Shown: piece after piece, positions 38,345-51,220 of the stretch
Layout: each line of letters begins with the position of its first letter
How positions within the stretch are numbered: position 1 is the stretch's first letter
Assembly (NCBI RefSeq): GCF_006345805.1
Contig: NC_043020.1
Coordinates: 10,354,001 to 10,418,000 of the forward strand
DNA length: 64,000 nt
Source of the DNA: Octopus sinensis
Lineage: Eukaryota
Direction: 5' to 3'
The notes under the pieces: model-generated
Told to the model about the DNA's origin: nothing
The model's input: the letters and a program-made list of their open reading frames with translations, nothing else
Databases searched by the model: none
Program-made: the position numbers and the translations under genes

Positions 38345-39895
38345 ATGTGTGTGTGTGCGTGTGTGTGTGTGTTTGCGTGCGCGCATGTCTGAGAAAAAAA
38401 TATAACTGGGCGATCTTTCGGTATTGGCCTCCAGAGTTTGGGTACGAAGAGACGTCATTCACCCTTTGTTTCAGTCTAGCCTCTTTATCTATAGCAGAAG
38501 AGAAGTTTGTGTAGGTGAACGATGTTTTCAACCAATACCGAAGGATTGCCAAAATAATTTGTTACATGCCTTGTTTTATCACCTTCGCTATTTGGTAGAC
38601 ATCATTCACCAACACAAACTTGTTCTCATACCGACATTCTGGATACCAATATCGAAGGATCGCCCTATTACTTTATCTTTTGGTGGAGGCTTGATAATTT
38701 TTTCGTCCGCCGTTACAGAAAAAATTTACACACGCGTAAACCATACCGAGATTTTGTGCTTTTGGAAAGCGTGAAGGGATGAGGGTATTTTCTAACAAAA
38801 ATTGAAATAGGCGCAGAAGTGGCTGTGTGGTAAGTAGCTTGTTTACCAACCACATGGTTCCGGGTTCAGTCCCACTGCGTGACACCTTAGGGAAGTGTCT
38901 TCTACCTTGTGAGTGGATTTGGTAGAGGGAAACTGAAAGAAGCCCGTCGTATATATGTATTTATATATATATGTGTGTCTGTGTGTGTCCCCCTCCCCAC
39001 CTGGTTCAGCAAAAAAGACCTTGTGAGTGGATTTGGTAGACGGAAACTGAAAGAAGCCCGTCGTATATATGTATTTATATATATGTGTGTGTGTGTGTAT
39101 ATATGTTTGTGTGTCTATGTTTGTCCCCCCAACATCACTTGACAACCGATGCTGGTGTGTTTACGTCCCCGTAACTTAGCGGTTCGGCAAAACAGACCGA
39201 TAGAATAAGTACTAGGCTTACAAAGAATAAGTCCTGGAGTCGATTTGCTCGACTAAAGGCGGTGCTCCAGCATGGCCGCAGTCAAATGACTGAAACAAGT
39301 AAAAGAGTATTTAAAAAGGAAAGAATTTCTAGATTCGTTGTAACCTACATGGATTATAAAAGAAATATTCGGAAAAAAAAGCGAGAGATAAAAAAATTGC
39401 GGTGGGGAGGCGGAAATTAAAATTCTGAAAACGTGTTTTTTTATTTTGTTAGCAAAAACCTATTGTTTCATTTATTCATTTTTTTTAAAGCAAATATCGT
39501 AATCTCCGATATGGAAAGCAGTGGAATCTGAAGACATTTTTGAAACGGAAAGGTAAGGGGTACTTATACCCTTCCGTCTACCGATCCTTCAGTGTGCTGA
39601 AGACGATATCACAACCTTGACTCGTGACATAGATTAAATTCATAGATTATGAATCCGGAAAAAATGTCTGCAAAGTATTTTTTCCTCGACTTAACGACAC
39701 TTTTTTTTTTAATAGTGGAAGTGGCTGTGTGGTAAATAGCTTGCTTATGAACCACATGGTTCCGGGTTCAGTCTCACTGCGTGGTACCTTGGGCAAGTGT
39801 TTTCTGCTATAGCCTCGAGCCAACCAAAGCCTTGTGAGTGGATTTGGTAGACGGAAACTGAAAGAAGCCCGTCGTATATATGTATATATACACAC

Positions 39896-39951
<56 letters not shown>

Positions 39952-40279
39952 TTGTGTGTTTGTGTTTGTCCGACCAACATCGCTTGACAACCGATGCTGG
40001 TGTGTTCATGTCCCCGTAACTTAGCGGTTCGGCATAAGAGAGACCGACAGAATAAGTACTAGGCTTACAAAGAATAAGTCCTGGGGGTCGATTCGTACGA
40101 CTAAAGGCGATGCTCCAGCATGGCTACAGTCAAATGACTGAAACAAGTAAAAGAGAGTAACCTCCGATATCGAATACAAAGTAATCAAAAGAAATTTTTG
40201 AAAAAAAAAACACCAAAAAAAAACCGGTTGGTGGAGGTGTTCTTACACCCGACCTTCGCCTATATATATATATGTATCC

Positions 40280-40318
<39 letters not shown>

Positions 40319-40629
40319 ATAGAGGCGGAATTCATGCGTGTCGAATCCTACTATTGAGTATATATGTGAATATATATGTGTGTTATACGTAGGTAGATAA
40401 CTAGCAAGGTCTATATGTGTTTTCATAGTCTTTTACTTGTTTCAGTCATTTGACTGCGACCATGCTGGAGCACCGCCTTAAATGTTTGTTTAGTCAAAGA
40501 TATTGACCCCAGGACTTATTCTTTGTAAGCCTAGTATTTATTCTATTGGTCCCTTTCACCGATTCTATAAGTTACGGGACGTAAACACACTAACATTGGT
40601 TGTCAAGCGATGGTGGCGGGACAAACACA

Positions 40630-41270
40630 GACACAAAGACATACACACACACATACATACGTACATACATACATACATACATACATACGTACATACATAC
40701 ATACACACACACATACATAGACACACATACATACATACATACATACATACATAGACACACATACATACATACATACACACACACTACATTACAACAACAC
40801 ATACATACATACATACATGCATACTTACATACATACATACATACATACATACACACATACATACACACACATACATACATACACACACATACATACACAC
40901 ACATACATACTTACATACATACATACATACATACATACATGCATACATACATACATACATACATACATACATACATGCATGCATACAAACATACATACAT
41001 ACATACATACATACACATACATACATACATTCATACATACACACATACACATACATACATACATGCATACATACATACATACATACATGCATGCATACAT
41101 ACATACATACACATACATACATGCATACATACACACACACATACATGCATACATACATACATACATACACACACATACATGCATACATACACACACACAT
41201 ACATGCATACATACATACACATACATACATACATACATACATACATACATACATACATACATACATACAT
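40630..41270. repeat. Expanded (TACA)n microsatellite inside a SINE-A copy
   Basis: Direct reading. Confidence 0.9.
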
Positions 41271-41501
41271 ACGACGTGTTTCTTTCAGTTTCCGTCTACG
41301 AAATCCATTCACAAATCCATTTGGTCGGCTCAATGCAATAGTAAAAGACACCAACCCAAGGTGTGACGCAGTGGGACTGAACCTGGAACTATACGGTTGG
41401 CAAGTTCATACCACACAGTCACGCCTGCGCCTACGCATCTAATTATGTAAATTGTTAGACAAAAAAAAAAGCTAAATAAAAATAAGATTAAGTTACATTA
41501 C

Positions 41502-41960
41502 CTTAATTTGAGTATGATTAGCAACTGCCATTATCAAAGTAATAACAATAAGTAAAAATACTATGGAAATAATGCACAAGATTGCATATTTAAATTTTCT
41601 ACACCATTGTGAAGTGCATGGTTCTATGCCTGTATTTCGTTTGACGTTTTTCGCTTCTTGTTGTTCTTCTTCTTCACTTTTTTTAATATCCTTAATGGTC
41701 ACCTTCAGTTCTTCTCCTGGTGTAGTACCTTCCTTAATTATTTGTCTACCCACAGGTGCTGCATTTTGATCAGTTGCTTTAGAAGATATAAGGGGTTCAT
41801 TTTCATGTGCGTCACTATTTTCCTCGCATTCCTCAGTTTTATGTCCAATTTCCTGATTCTCCTTCTCCTTTACCTGGGATGCTGCTGACGAAAAGTCGTG
41901 TGCCGTCGATTCTGAGGAGTTTTTCTCTTCGTCAAGATGTCTTGGGTCTATTGCGGCCAT
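41502..41960 (-). CDS. TNF-superfamily ligand A, exon 1 (153 aa: acidic cytoplasmic tail plus type II transmembrane helix)
   Basis: ATG at 41960, open frame, hydrophobic YAILCIISIVFLLIVITLIMAV after basic WCRKFK, AAG|GTAATG donor (phase 0). Confidence 0.88.
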
Positions 41961-43554
41961 TTCCGCAAATTTTCAACAAACAGCCACAATACAATCTTAA
42001 AATTATTGAGTTCACAATGATATTAAATGAATACTTCACTTTATTTTATATCTTTTATCTTCCTCACCCCTCTCCTCTTTTCACAATTTACAATAAATTA
42101 CAGAATGTCTGTCTTTCTCTCTCTCTCTCTTTCTCTCTCACCCAACCTCTCACTCTTTCACTTTCTCTGTTTATTGCTTTCTTTTTCTACTCCACTCTTT
42201 CTCTTTCGTTCCTACCTCTCTTTCTCCCCTCCTCTCTCTCTCTCTCTCTCTCTCTCCCTCTCTCTTTCTCCTTCCATTCCTCTTTTCCTCTCAACCGCTC
42301 TCATTTTCATATTACGTCGTGTTTTCCAAGGGTGGAAATTTGGCGCAATCATTAACGTGCCGGGTCAAACACCTTGAGATATTTTTCCTGGATTTTTATG
42401 TTCAAATCTCACTGAAATAAAGATTACTTTTCATCTCTTCAGCGGTCAATGAAATAAACTACTGGTCAATACATACATACATACATAACATACATACATA
42501 CATACACATACATACATACATACATGGTGGCTGCCCCCTCTATCGAGTATGACCATTGCACGAAGCTTAATCAATGTTGTTATCGTGTAATGCCTGTGTA
42601 AGAAGATTTTTTTTTAAAGTGAGGAAAGGCACTGAGTCAATCCCACTCACTAAGCAACAGCAGCCAAAATCCGAAAAGAAGAACAAGTCAACATCATCGG
42701 TAACCACTGAGCCGCAGGTTTTATGTCGGAGTTATCCCAGTTACCTGAGTTACCTTCTCCTAGAAGGATGCCCTAACAAAGGCTAGGAGTCCTTCACTCC
42801 CAATGGTTTAACCGCGCGATAGGGTATTCAGTCCAATTATTTCTATGTCCCCGCGCATGATACATCCTTAAGACATTTATTGGATGGCCGTTGACTCTCA
42901 AGAGTTCCTCCGCCCTTTGACGGGTTTTGTTTTTCATCCCTCAGGGTGTCCAATAAACATGCTCCTCACCAAGCAAGCTTGGAGGGGTTGCCGGTTTAGT
43001 CGCCGACGACCCGACCATGCAACAGGTTATACCGGGTTACATGTTACCAGTTGCACTCAAAAGTGACCTGACATAAACATACATACATACATACATACAT
43101 ACATACACACACACACACCACATACACATACACACATGTACGTACGTATATTTATATTATGGTCATCACCTCAGTTGCAGACAACCACTTTCTTTGTCAT
43201 TTGCAGATATTGTCCTGTATCAGGTTCAATACTGTTTCAACCATGCCCACCTCCTTTGAGGAATATCTTCCTCTTATTTAGATTAATATACAAACTTATC
43301 CAAATTCATAAACGTTTTCTCGGTCGGTTGTATCCAAGGGGGCTGCATTCAAAAATGTGAAAACTGATATTTAATAAGATATTTAAAGTTATTCCCCTTA
43401 ACCTACTATTTTCACATCATCCGATTGCCTGCTACGATTTCATAATTAGCTATATCCTTTTTATATTTCTTTAGGCGCAGTTCATAGTTGTGTTTTTTTT
43501 TACTGTGAATGGTTTTTTTAGGCAGTGCCGACTTTTACACTTCTGTAAATAATG

Positions 43555-43588
<34 letters not shown>

Positions 43589-44069
43589 CGACAATAACAA
43601 TAATAATGATAACAATAATAATAATAATAATAATAAGAAGAAGAAGAAGAAGAAGAAGAAGAATAGTTAATGACTATATTTATTCATAATTTAGAAAATA
43701 CAATGATTTGATTTGTGGGTATAAATATATCACTTTTATGTTAAACTTTAGATAAATATTAAAAAACTTTCAACTGTGATTGCATAACTCCAAAAGACAA
43801 GGTGCATGAATAGTGGCTTGTGTATTGCATTCATGATCACAATATCATGGTTTCAATTCCTGAGCCAGGCAGAGCATTAAAATTCAATACATATAAGATA
43901 AGAATACGATTATAAAAACCTTAATGTAAATTATTAGAATCTTACAGGCATCGTCAAAGATTATAAAGTACGTTACAGATATAAATATATACACGAAACA
44001 AGATACAAATCAATAAATATAAATATGTATATATATATATATACATATATACATGTATATATATATGTG

Positions 44070-44145
<76 letters not shown>

Positions 44146-44310
44146 GGCGCATGAGTGGCTGTGTGGTAAGTAGATTGTCTACCAACCACATGGTTCTGGG
44201 TTCAGTCCCATTGCATGACACCTTGGGCAAATGTCTTCTACTATAGCCTTGGGCCGACCAAAGCCTTGTGAGTGGATTTGGTAGACGGAAACTGAAAGAA
44301 GCCCGTCGTA

Positions 44311-44359
<49 letters not shown>

Positions 44360-44559
44360 ATGCTTGTGTGTCTGTGTTTGTCCCCCTAGCATTGCTTCAC
44401 AACCGATGCTGGTGTGTTTATGTTCCCGTTACTTAGCGGTTCGGCAAAAGAGACCGATAGAATAAGTACTGGGCTTACAAAAGAATAAGTCCCGGGGTCG
44501 AGTTGCTCGATTATAGGCGGTGCTCCAGAGAAAGAGTATATATATATACATGTATATAT

Positions 44560-44883
44560 ATATATATATTTAATTTTTCATGGAACTTCTCATCGTCCTT
44601 CTTGGCATCTTAAGAAAAAATAATTGTTTTAGTGATGACCACACTCTATCCTTTTTTTCATTATTTTCCCATCCAAGGTTGGCTTAGCTTTTCATCATTT
44701 TGGGGTTGATAAATTAAGAACCAATTGCATACTGTGGTCAATCTAATCGACTGGACCCTTCACCAAAATTTCAGGCCTTGTGCCTGGTCAATCTAATCGA
44801 GGAGGTGTCTTCCTGGGGCTACAAACTACAGTAGCATCCACCCTTTTGGGTTAGCCATATTCAAATGGCATATATGCATCACG

Positions 44884-44925
<42 letters not shown>

Positions 44926-45202
44926 GCACACACACATACTGGAGCACTACACATACGTCCATGTCTATGAGTACATATATATTTAATTATTACTAGCATT
45001 ATTATTATTAATAATAACAATAATAATAGTTTCTGTATTATTTTCATTTCACAATACACACTGTAGGAGATTCAAATATATATATTAGTATTAATAATTT
45101 GTGTATTAATTGTGTATTAATAATTTGGGCATTATACCAACAGTATATTGGATAAGTATTATCCCTTAGCGGGTTGTATCCACAACCCCTAACTCACTTG
45201 GT

Positions 45203-45242
<40 letters not shown>

Positions 45243-45656
45243 GCCTCAAATTTTAGGGGAAGGGATTAAGTCGATTACATTGACCATAGTTTGTAAGTGA
45301 TACTAATTTTATCAGCCTTGAAAGGGATTTCTTTTTGGTTTGGAACGTTTTTTTACCGTTTATTTATTTAGTTAGTTTTTTAACATTGGGGACCTCATTT
45401 AGGATGGGAAAAATAATCTTTTCTACTCTAGGCACAGGGCCTGAAATTTTGGAGAAGGGTCCAGTCGATTAGATTGACCACAGTATGCCATTGGTTCTTA
45501 ATTTATCAACCCCAAAATGATGAAAAGCTAAGTCAAACTTGGATGGGGAAAATAATGAAAAAAAGGATAGAGTGTGGTCATCACTAAAACAATTATTTTT
45601 TCTTAAGGTGCCAAGAAGGACGATGAGAAGTTCTATGAAAAATTAAATATATATAT
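44560..45656. repeat. Inverted repeat, arms ~44560-44785 and ~45430-45656
   Basis: GATGACCACACTCTATCC / GGATAGAGTGTGGTCATC and the surrounding ~225 bp are reverse-complementary. Confidence 0.88.
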
Positions 45657-45861
45657 GTAAATATGGATGCCTTGGATATAAAGATTATCTCCAAAGAAAT
45701 ACTTCAATATAACCACAAACGATTGATTAAAACTGATAACAAGAAAGAAGAATTCAAAAGAACCCCTTATTCACAAAATGTTTTAAAGTCAAAGAGACAC
45801 TTTTAAGGAAATGGTTGATCTGTGTCTAATGCATAGTACCAACATTTCTTTGAAGACTATT

Positions 45862-46232
45862 TTAGTCTAAGTTAGTGATGGTCAAATAGCTTGTATCTTT
45901 ATCCCGGCTGATAAACCTAGCCTTGTTCATCTCCACACAGATTAGATCCTGAGCTTTTAATTTGTGTTGAAATGTAAATGGTATGGGAAGATGTTCTGGT
46001 ATAGTTAAGTATTTTGTACTCTTTTTAATCCGTCTCTGGATTTTACCCTTCTTTTCTTTTAAGTTCAAAATTATATGAAATGCAAGAGTATTTGGTGGAA
46101 TGTACATCTGCATTGAGCCATCTATTTCGTACCTGCCATCTTGTGGTATTAAAATGTAAGATCCATTAACCAATATAATGTTGCCTTCATTCTGATTTTC
46201 TACTCTCACCCACTGTAAGATAGTTTTTTCAT
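45862..46232 (-). CDS. TNF ligand B, exon 4 (TNF homology domain, DEKTILQW...IPQDGRYEI...SYLTITNLD*)
   Basis: Acceptor ATTATTTCTTTTTCAG identical to gene A; open frame to TAA; aligns with A using one gap. Confidence 0.85.
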
Positions 46233-46589
46233 CTGAAAAAGAAATAATAATGATAATGGCACTGATTTCTTTTATTTTCCACCAGGAGGCAATGGATGAC
46301 AGACGTAAAATGTAAAGAATTATATAGAATGGAATGATAAAAAAAATGTAGAAAGTGTACATGGCATACAATATAACCAAAATGTATAAATAGCATGCAT
46401 CAGTAAAAAAAGGGGATATTGATGTGACCCTCGTGATAAAGGAGAATCTCTTAGGCCAATTGAAGAAACCCACCATCAAAGATCTCTCTGAACATCAAAG
46501 ACAAGTACCCTCTTCAATTGCTGCTTTCCAACTTACAGGTCTATACTTAGAGTGGTACCATCCACTCTTGCCATTATCACCCCTCTTTC

Positions 46590-46990
46590 AATAAATTCAC
46601 TCAAAGACAGCACCATATACCTGACAGAAAGAGAGTCTTATCTGTTTTCTTGCTAACAACTTTGGTCTTCACTAGGTTTACTTTAAAGCCCTTTGATTCC
46701 AGGTTTTGCTTCCATACCCAGAATTTCTTCTCCAATTCTGCTGCATATTCTGCTGTAAGAGTGAGGTTACCAGCATAAAGAAGTTCCCATGGGCATCCCA
46801 TTTTGAATTCCTCTGTTATGGCCTGTGAGGCTATGATGAATAAAAGTAGACTGAGAATTAAGCTCTGGTGAACCCCTACTTGTACACTAAATTCATCACT
46901 GTATTCATGGCTGACTCTCACCCTACTGGCAGTACCATTATTACAAGCCACTCATTTGCTCCTGCATTATCCTGCACTCTCAATATTTAG
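46590..46990 (-). mobile_element. Degenerate RTE-clade RT fragment
   Basis: EFSVQVGVHQ...CPWELLYA.NL, a decayed GVHQG/LYADD motif pair. Confidence 0.75.
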
Positions 46991-47496
46991 TGACCTTTCA
47001 TACTGGCTTCCTTCTTTGCAGGATTACTAACTGCAAGTGAACCATTACCTATGTAGACACATTTCTCTCTGACAGCATCCCGATTTTCTCTAACACACTT
47101 TGTTAAAATACCATGTTATTGATGTTAAAATATTCTCTTGTTCATTGATGTAGCATTTGTTCTTTTGTATTTTGTTTATATGTTTTGGTGGTTGTTGTTT
47201 GGTCTGTAATAGTTAAACCATGACTCAAGCAGTAAACCCCTCCCACCTATAGTATTATCAGACAAATGTAGTAGTAGGGAGACTACATGTCTCTAATTAG
47301 AATTATAGTTGGCCCAAGTCTTTCAATATACATGTTTCTCATAGTACTTAAGTCTAAAATACAGGAGTTAACCTAAATACATAATAGTACTCACTAAAAC
47401 AACTCTATAATGAAAGTATTTTAATCAATACTGTAATAGTAAAAATTAGAGTAAATCTGTAACTGTAGTTATTTAAATCTGTATAAATTAGCTTAC

Positions 47497-47544
47497 CTAA
47501 TTCACTGTAACCGCTTGTTTTTAGATCGAAACTGGCATATTGAG
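47497..47544 (-). CDS. TNF ligand B, exon 3 (PQYASFDLKTSGYSEL)
   Basis: TTTCAG acceptor, GTAAGC donor, 48 nt, phase 1/1; LKTSGY shared with gene A. Confidence 0.85.
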
Positions 47545-48144
47545 CTGAAAGGTAAGAAGAAAGAAAGCAGACAGTGAGAAGGATATATTTGAATACAGGT
47601 TCAATATCTGGCAAAAGACTAAGACAGAAGACAGGACACTTCCTGATGCATTTCATATATTGAATACTTCAGATTCTCATCTAATATATAGCCATACAAC
47701 ATATTAACTGTTTTACAATCATTATTATTATAACGAAAATTTTCTACATGGAAAACAATTATTAACCATTAATGAAAAGAGATCCAGGACTATATAAGCA
47801 TCCTTATATTACACCCATCACATTGTAGTTTCATGAGCTTTAACATATTCAGTTGTACAGCAGAGATGCCTTACTGGGACTGATAGGACAATTCTAGTAA
47901 ACATGTACACAAGAGGCTTCATCTTATCAAAGTGTCATCTGAAATCATGGTCCAGTTAATTATTGTGGAAATTTCATTCAAATATTTTGCTATTTGTTTC
48001 TTTAGTATGTCTGATATTTTTCAAGTTGCCTATTTTAAGGTTGTAATATATTGAGGACACGTTTAGAGATTTGATTAGCATTACAATATGTTGCAGTGTT
48101 AAATGATTTTAAAGACACATGGAAAATGAATGAAAATAACTTAC

Positions 48145-48172
48145 GTTGAGGACGCTGTGAGTCATGTTGCCC
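48145..48172 (-). CDS. TNF ligand B, exon 2 (GQHDSQRPQ)
   Basis: Long pyrimidine tract-TTTAG acceptor, GTAAGT donor, 28 nt, phase 0/1. Confidence 0.78.
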
Positions 48173-48429
48173 CTAAAGTACAAAGAAAAAGAGATGAGAA
48201 AAGGAAAATTAGGATATGATGGTGACTGATGTTGTTTTATAACTTTCATCGCATTACTTTTTCCTTTAAGGTTCGTCACTGTCTAGTCAAAATTTTGATA
48301 CACACCTGATACATTTGTCACAGTATTATGTAGTCTTGTGATGTGTGTGTGTGTATAAATCCTTAAAAATCCTTTAAAATGTTTTAGCCCAAAGGCCGCG
48401 GCCATGCTGGGGCACCATAATCTTTATTA

Positions 48430-49299
48430 TTAAGAAGTTTGTCTTGTGCTCAGATAAGAAGTTTGTCTTGTACTCAGATAAAAAGTTTGTCTTGTGCTCA
48501 GATAAAAAGTAGGTCTTGTGCTCAGATGAGAAGTTTGTCTTGTGCTCAGATAAGAAGTAAGTCTTGTGCTCAGATAAGAAGTTTGTCTTGTGCTCAGATG
48601 AGAAGTCTGTCTTGTGCTCAGATAAGAAGTAGGTCTTGTGTTCAGATAAGAAGTTTGTCTTGTGCTCAGATGAGAAGTTTGTCTTGTGCTCAGATAAGAA
48701 GTTTGCCTGCTCAGATGAGAAGTTTGTCTTGTGCTCACATAAGAAGTAGGTCTTGTGCTCAGATAAGAAGTTTGTCTTGTGCTCAGATAAGTTTGTCTTG
48801 TGCTCAGATGAGAAGTTTGTCTAGTGCTCAGATAAGAAGTAGGTCTTGTGCTCAGATGATAAGTTTGTCTTGTGCTCAGATAAGAAGTTTGTCTTGTGCT
48901 CAGATAAGAAGTTTGTCTAGTGCTCAGATAAGAAGTTTGTCTTGTGCTCAGATAAGAAGTTTGTCTTGTTCTCAAATAAGAATTAGGTCTAGTGCTCAGA
49001 TAAGAAGTAGGTCTTGTGTTCAGATAAGACGTTTGTCTAGTGCTCAGATAAGAAGTAGGACTTTTGCTCAGATGAGAAGTTTGTCCTGCTCAGATAAGAA
49101 GTTTGTCTTGTGCTCAGATAAGAAGTAGGGGCACTGTCATGCCTTTGGATGTCAGAAGTGAAAGAAGAAAAATCTGACGTCATTTTGACGTCACACTTTT
49201 TCTCGTCCATCTTCGTTTCTTTCCGTATAATTTATCAAATTAAAAAACGCAAAATCAAAAACGCGTGTAAATATATCAAATTAATAAACGCAAATAAAG

Positions 49300-49338
<39 letters not shown>

Positions 49339-50243
49339 CATGAGCGCACGTGTATGTGTGTGTTTGTACATGTATGTGTGTATGTACAGTATGTATATGT
49401 ATGTATGTATGTATATATATATGTATACGCGCGCTCAAATGAGCTGTTTGTTCATGATTGAGTTTTGAAAACTTTTTTCTGAGAATGAGAAAAGATCGAT
49501 ATAAAAGCATAAGTTTGTATGTGCATGTGTGTGTGTGTGTGTAATATATATTGGTCGATAAATTAAGTACCAGTTACGCACTGGGGGGGTCGATGTAATC
49601 GACTTAATCCGTTTGTCTGTCCTTATTTGTCCCGCTCTGTGTTTCAGCTCCCTTGTGGGTAGTAAAGAAATAGATATATATTGTATCTGTTATATGTGTG
49701 TGTATATATATATATATATATACCTTATATATATATATGGCACAGTCATGGGGGTTCATTTGTGCAGATTTGGTGTGATTTCTTTTTTAAAAACAATAAT
49801 GAATAATGCAAGAATATATTTATTTATAAAGTTTAAACAGAATAAGTATCACATTTATTTTTAAAATTAACTTCAAGCTTTTATAAATCTAGCGTGGTGG
49901 TACGTAAATAAACGGCGTAAATTAAAGCGTGGTGGTACGTAAATAAACGAAAGTTTAAACATGACGACGTAAATACACGAAGTTGACGTCTGACGTCAGA
50001 TTTTTCTACTTTCACTTCTGACATCCAAAGGCATGACAGTGCCGAAGTGGGTCTTGTGCTCAGATAAGAAGTTTGTCTAGTGCTCAGATAAGAAGTAGGC
50101 CTTTTGCTCAGATGAGAAGTTTGTCCTGCTCAGATAAGAAGTTTGTCTTGTGCTCAGATAAGAAGTAGGTCTTGTACTCAGATAACAAGTTTGTCTTGTG
50201 CTCAGATAAAAAGTAGTTCTTGTGCTCAGATAAGAAGTTTGTC
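48430..50243. repeat. 24-bp minisatellite (GTCTTGTGCTCAGATAAGAAGTTT), about 29 plus 8 units, split by a TIR element
   Basis: Direct reading; source of the SCAQIRSL/STRQTSYL pseudo-ORFs. Confidence 0.93.
49130..50043. mobile_element. Non-autonomous DNA transposon with ~55-bp TIRs beginning GGCAC (Merlin-like?)
   Basis: GGCACTGTCATGCCTTTGGATGTCAGAAGTGAAAG at both ends, inverted; flanks GAAGTAGG/GAAGTGGG; solo TIR at 36260. Confidence 0.7.
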
Positions 50244-50739
50244 TTTTTGACCTCGTTTCATCTACCCCTCTATTTCTGCACAGATCATAAACCCCTATTA
50301 GTTCTTTTTCATTATTCTGTCTATTTCAGTACAATGTCATCATATAAATATAGTTTTCAATAGTTTCGTCTTCCTTGTTGTCGCCTTAAAATAACCTTAG
50401 TTCATGCATTTCCCTAACCGTAACATATTCATTGATTCATTCATCTATTAAAGTTTATCACACAGAAGATGCTCTCGTCTAAACTTCCTAGTTCGCGGTG
50501 CGCCCACCCTATCCTTTTTCCTCCTCTGGTTGTCTCTCATGAACACTTCTAAAGGCTTTATGCCATCCCCACTCCAACTCAGGGTTATCTCCTATGTAAG
50601 GTAGTGATCATATAGTGCAAAAATATGATAGTGTAGTGCATGCAGGCTATTGTTTGCTTATGAATTCTACCAAATGCGAGCTTTCCTTTCAGGTACATGA
50701 AGCTACTGTCCCCTGTCCCAGGGTCTTACGGGACCATAC

Positions 50740-51178
50740 CTCCCACACTCTCAGGGTTGACACTCTCAACATTGGCACACTGAAAGGTAGGTCTGGTGAG
50801 ATTGTTGAGATGCTTGAGCGAAGATGTGTTGATATGTGCTGCATCCAAGAAGTAAGGTGGAGAGGAGGTTCTGCTAGGTTCCTCACAGGCAAAGAACACA
50901 GGTACAAGATTTTCTGGGTAGGGAACACTGACGAGGTTGGGCAAGTGGGTATACTTCTTGCTGAGAAATGGGTGGATAAGGTAATCAAGGTAGTCAGAGT
51001 ATTCAACAGAATACTTAAGATTAGATTAGTGCTTCATCATGGGTTAGCAACCATTATCTCAGCCTATGCCCCTCAGCCGGGGCTACCCGATGGACAGAAA
51101 GACCAATTCTATGACACCCTCTTGCAGACTACCTTGTTGACGAATGACAGGGACCTTCTCTTTGTGGATGGTGACATG
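50740..51178 (+). mobile_element. RTE-clade AP-endonuclease fragment
   Basis: TLNIGTL, CCIQEVRWRG, GILL, IISAYAPQ and KDQFY motifs. Confidence 0.88.
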
Positions 51179-51186
51179 TATGTATG

Positions 51187-51220
<34 letters not shown>

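Noticed and set aside
47049-47204. Possible extra TNF-B exon (ATTACAG acceptor, AG|GTAATG donor)
   Set aside because: Stops in all three frames, the A counterpart is interrupted by a SINE, and the 4-exon model closes without it
48430-49128. 229-aa and 181-aa repeat proteins (SCAQIRSL / STRQTSYL)
   Set aside because: A stop-free 24-bp minisatellite gives open frames automatically; no splice or start context
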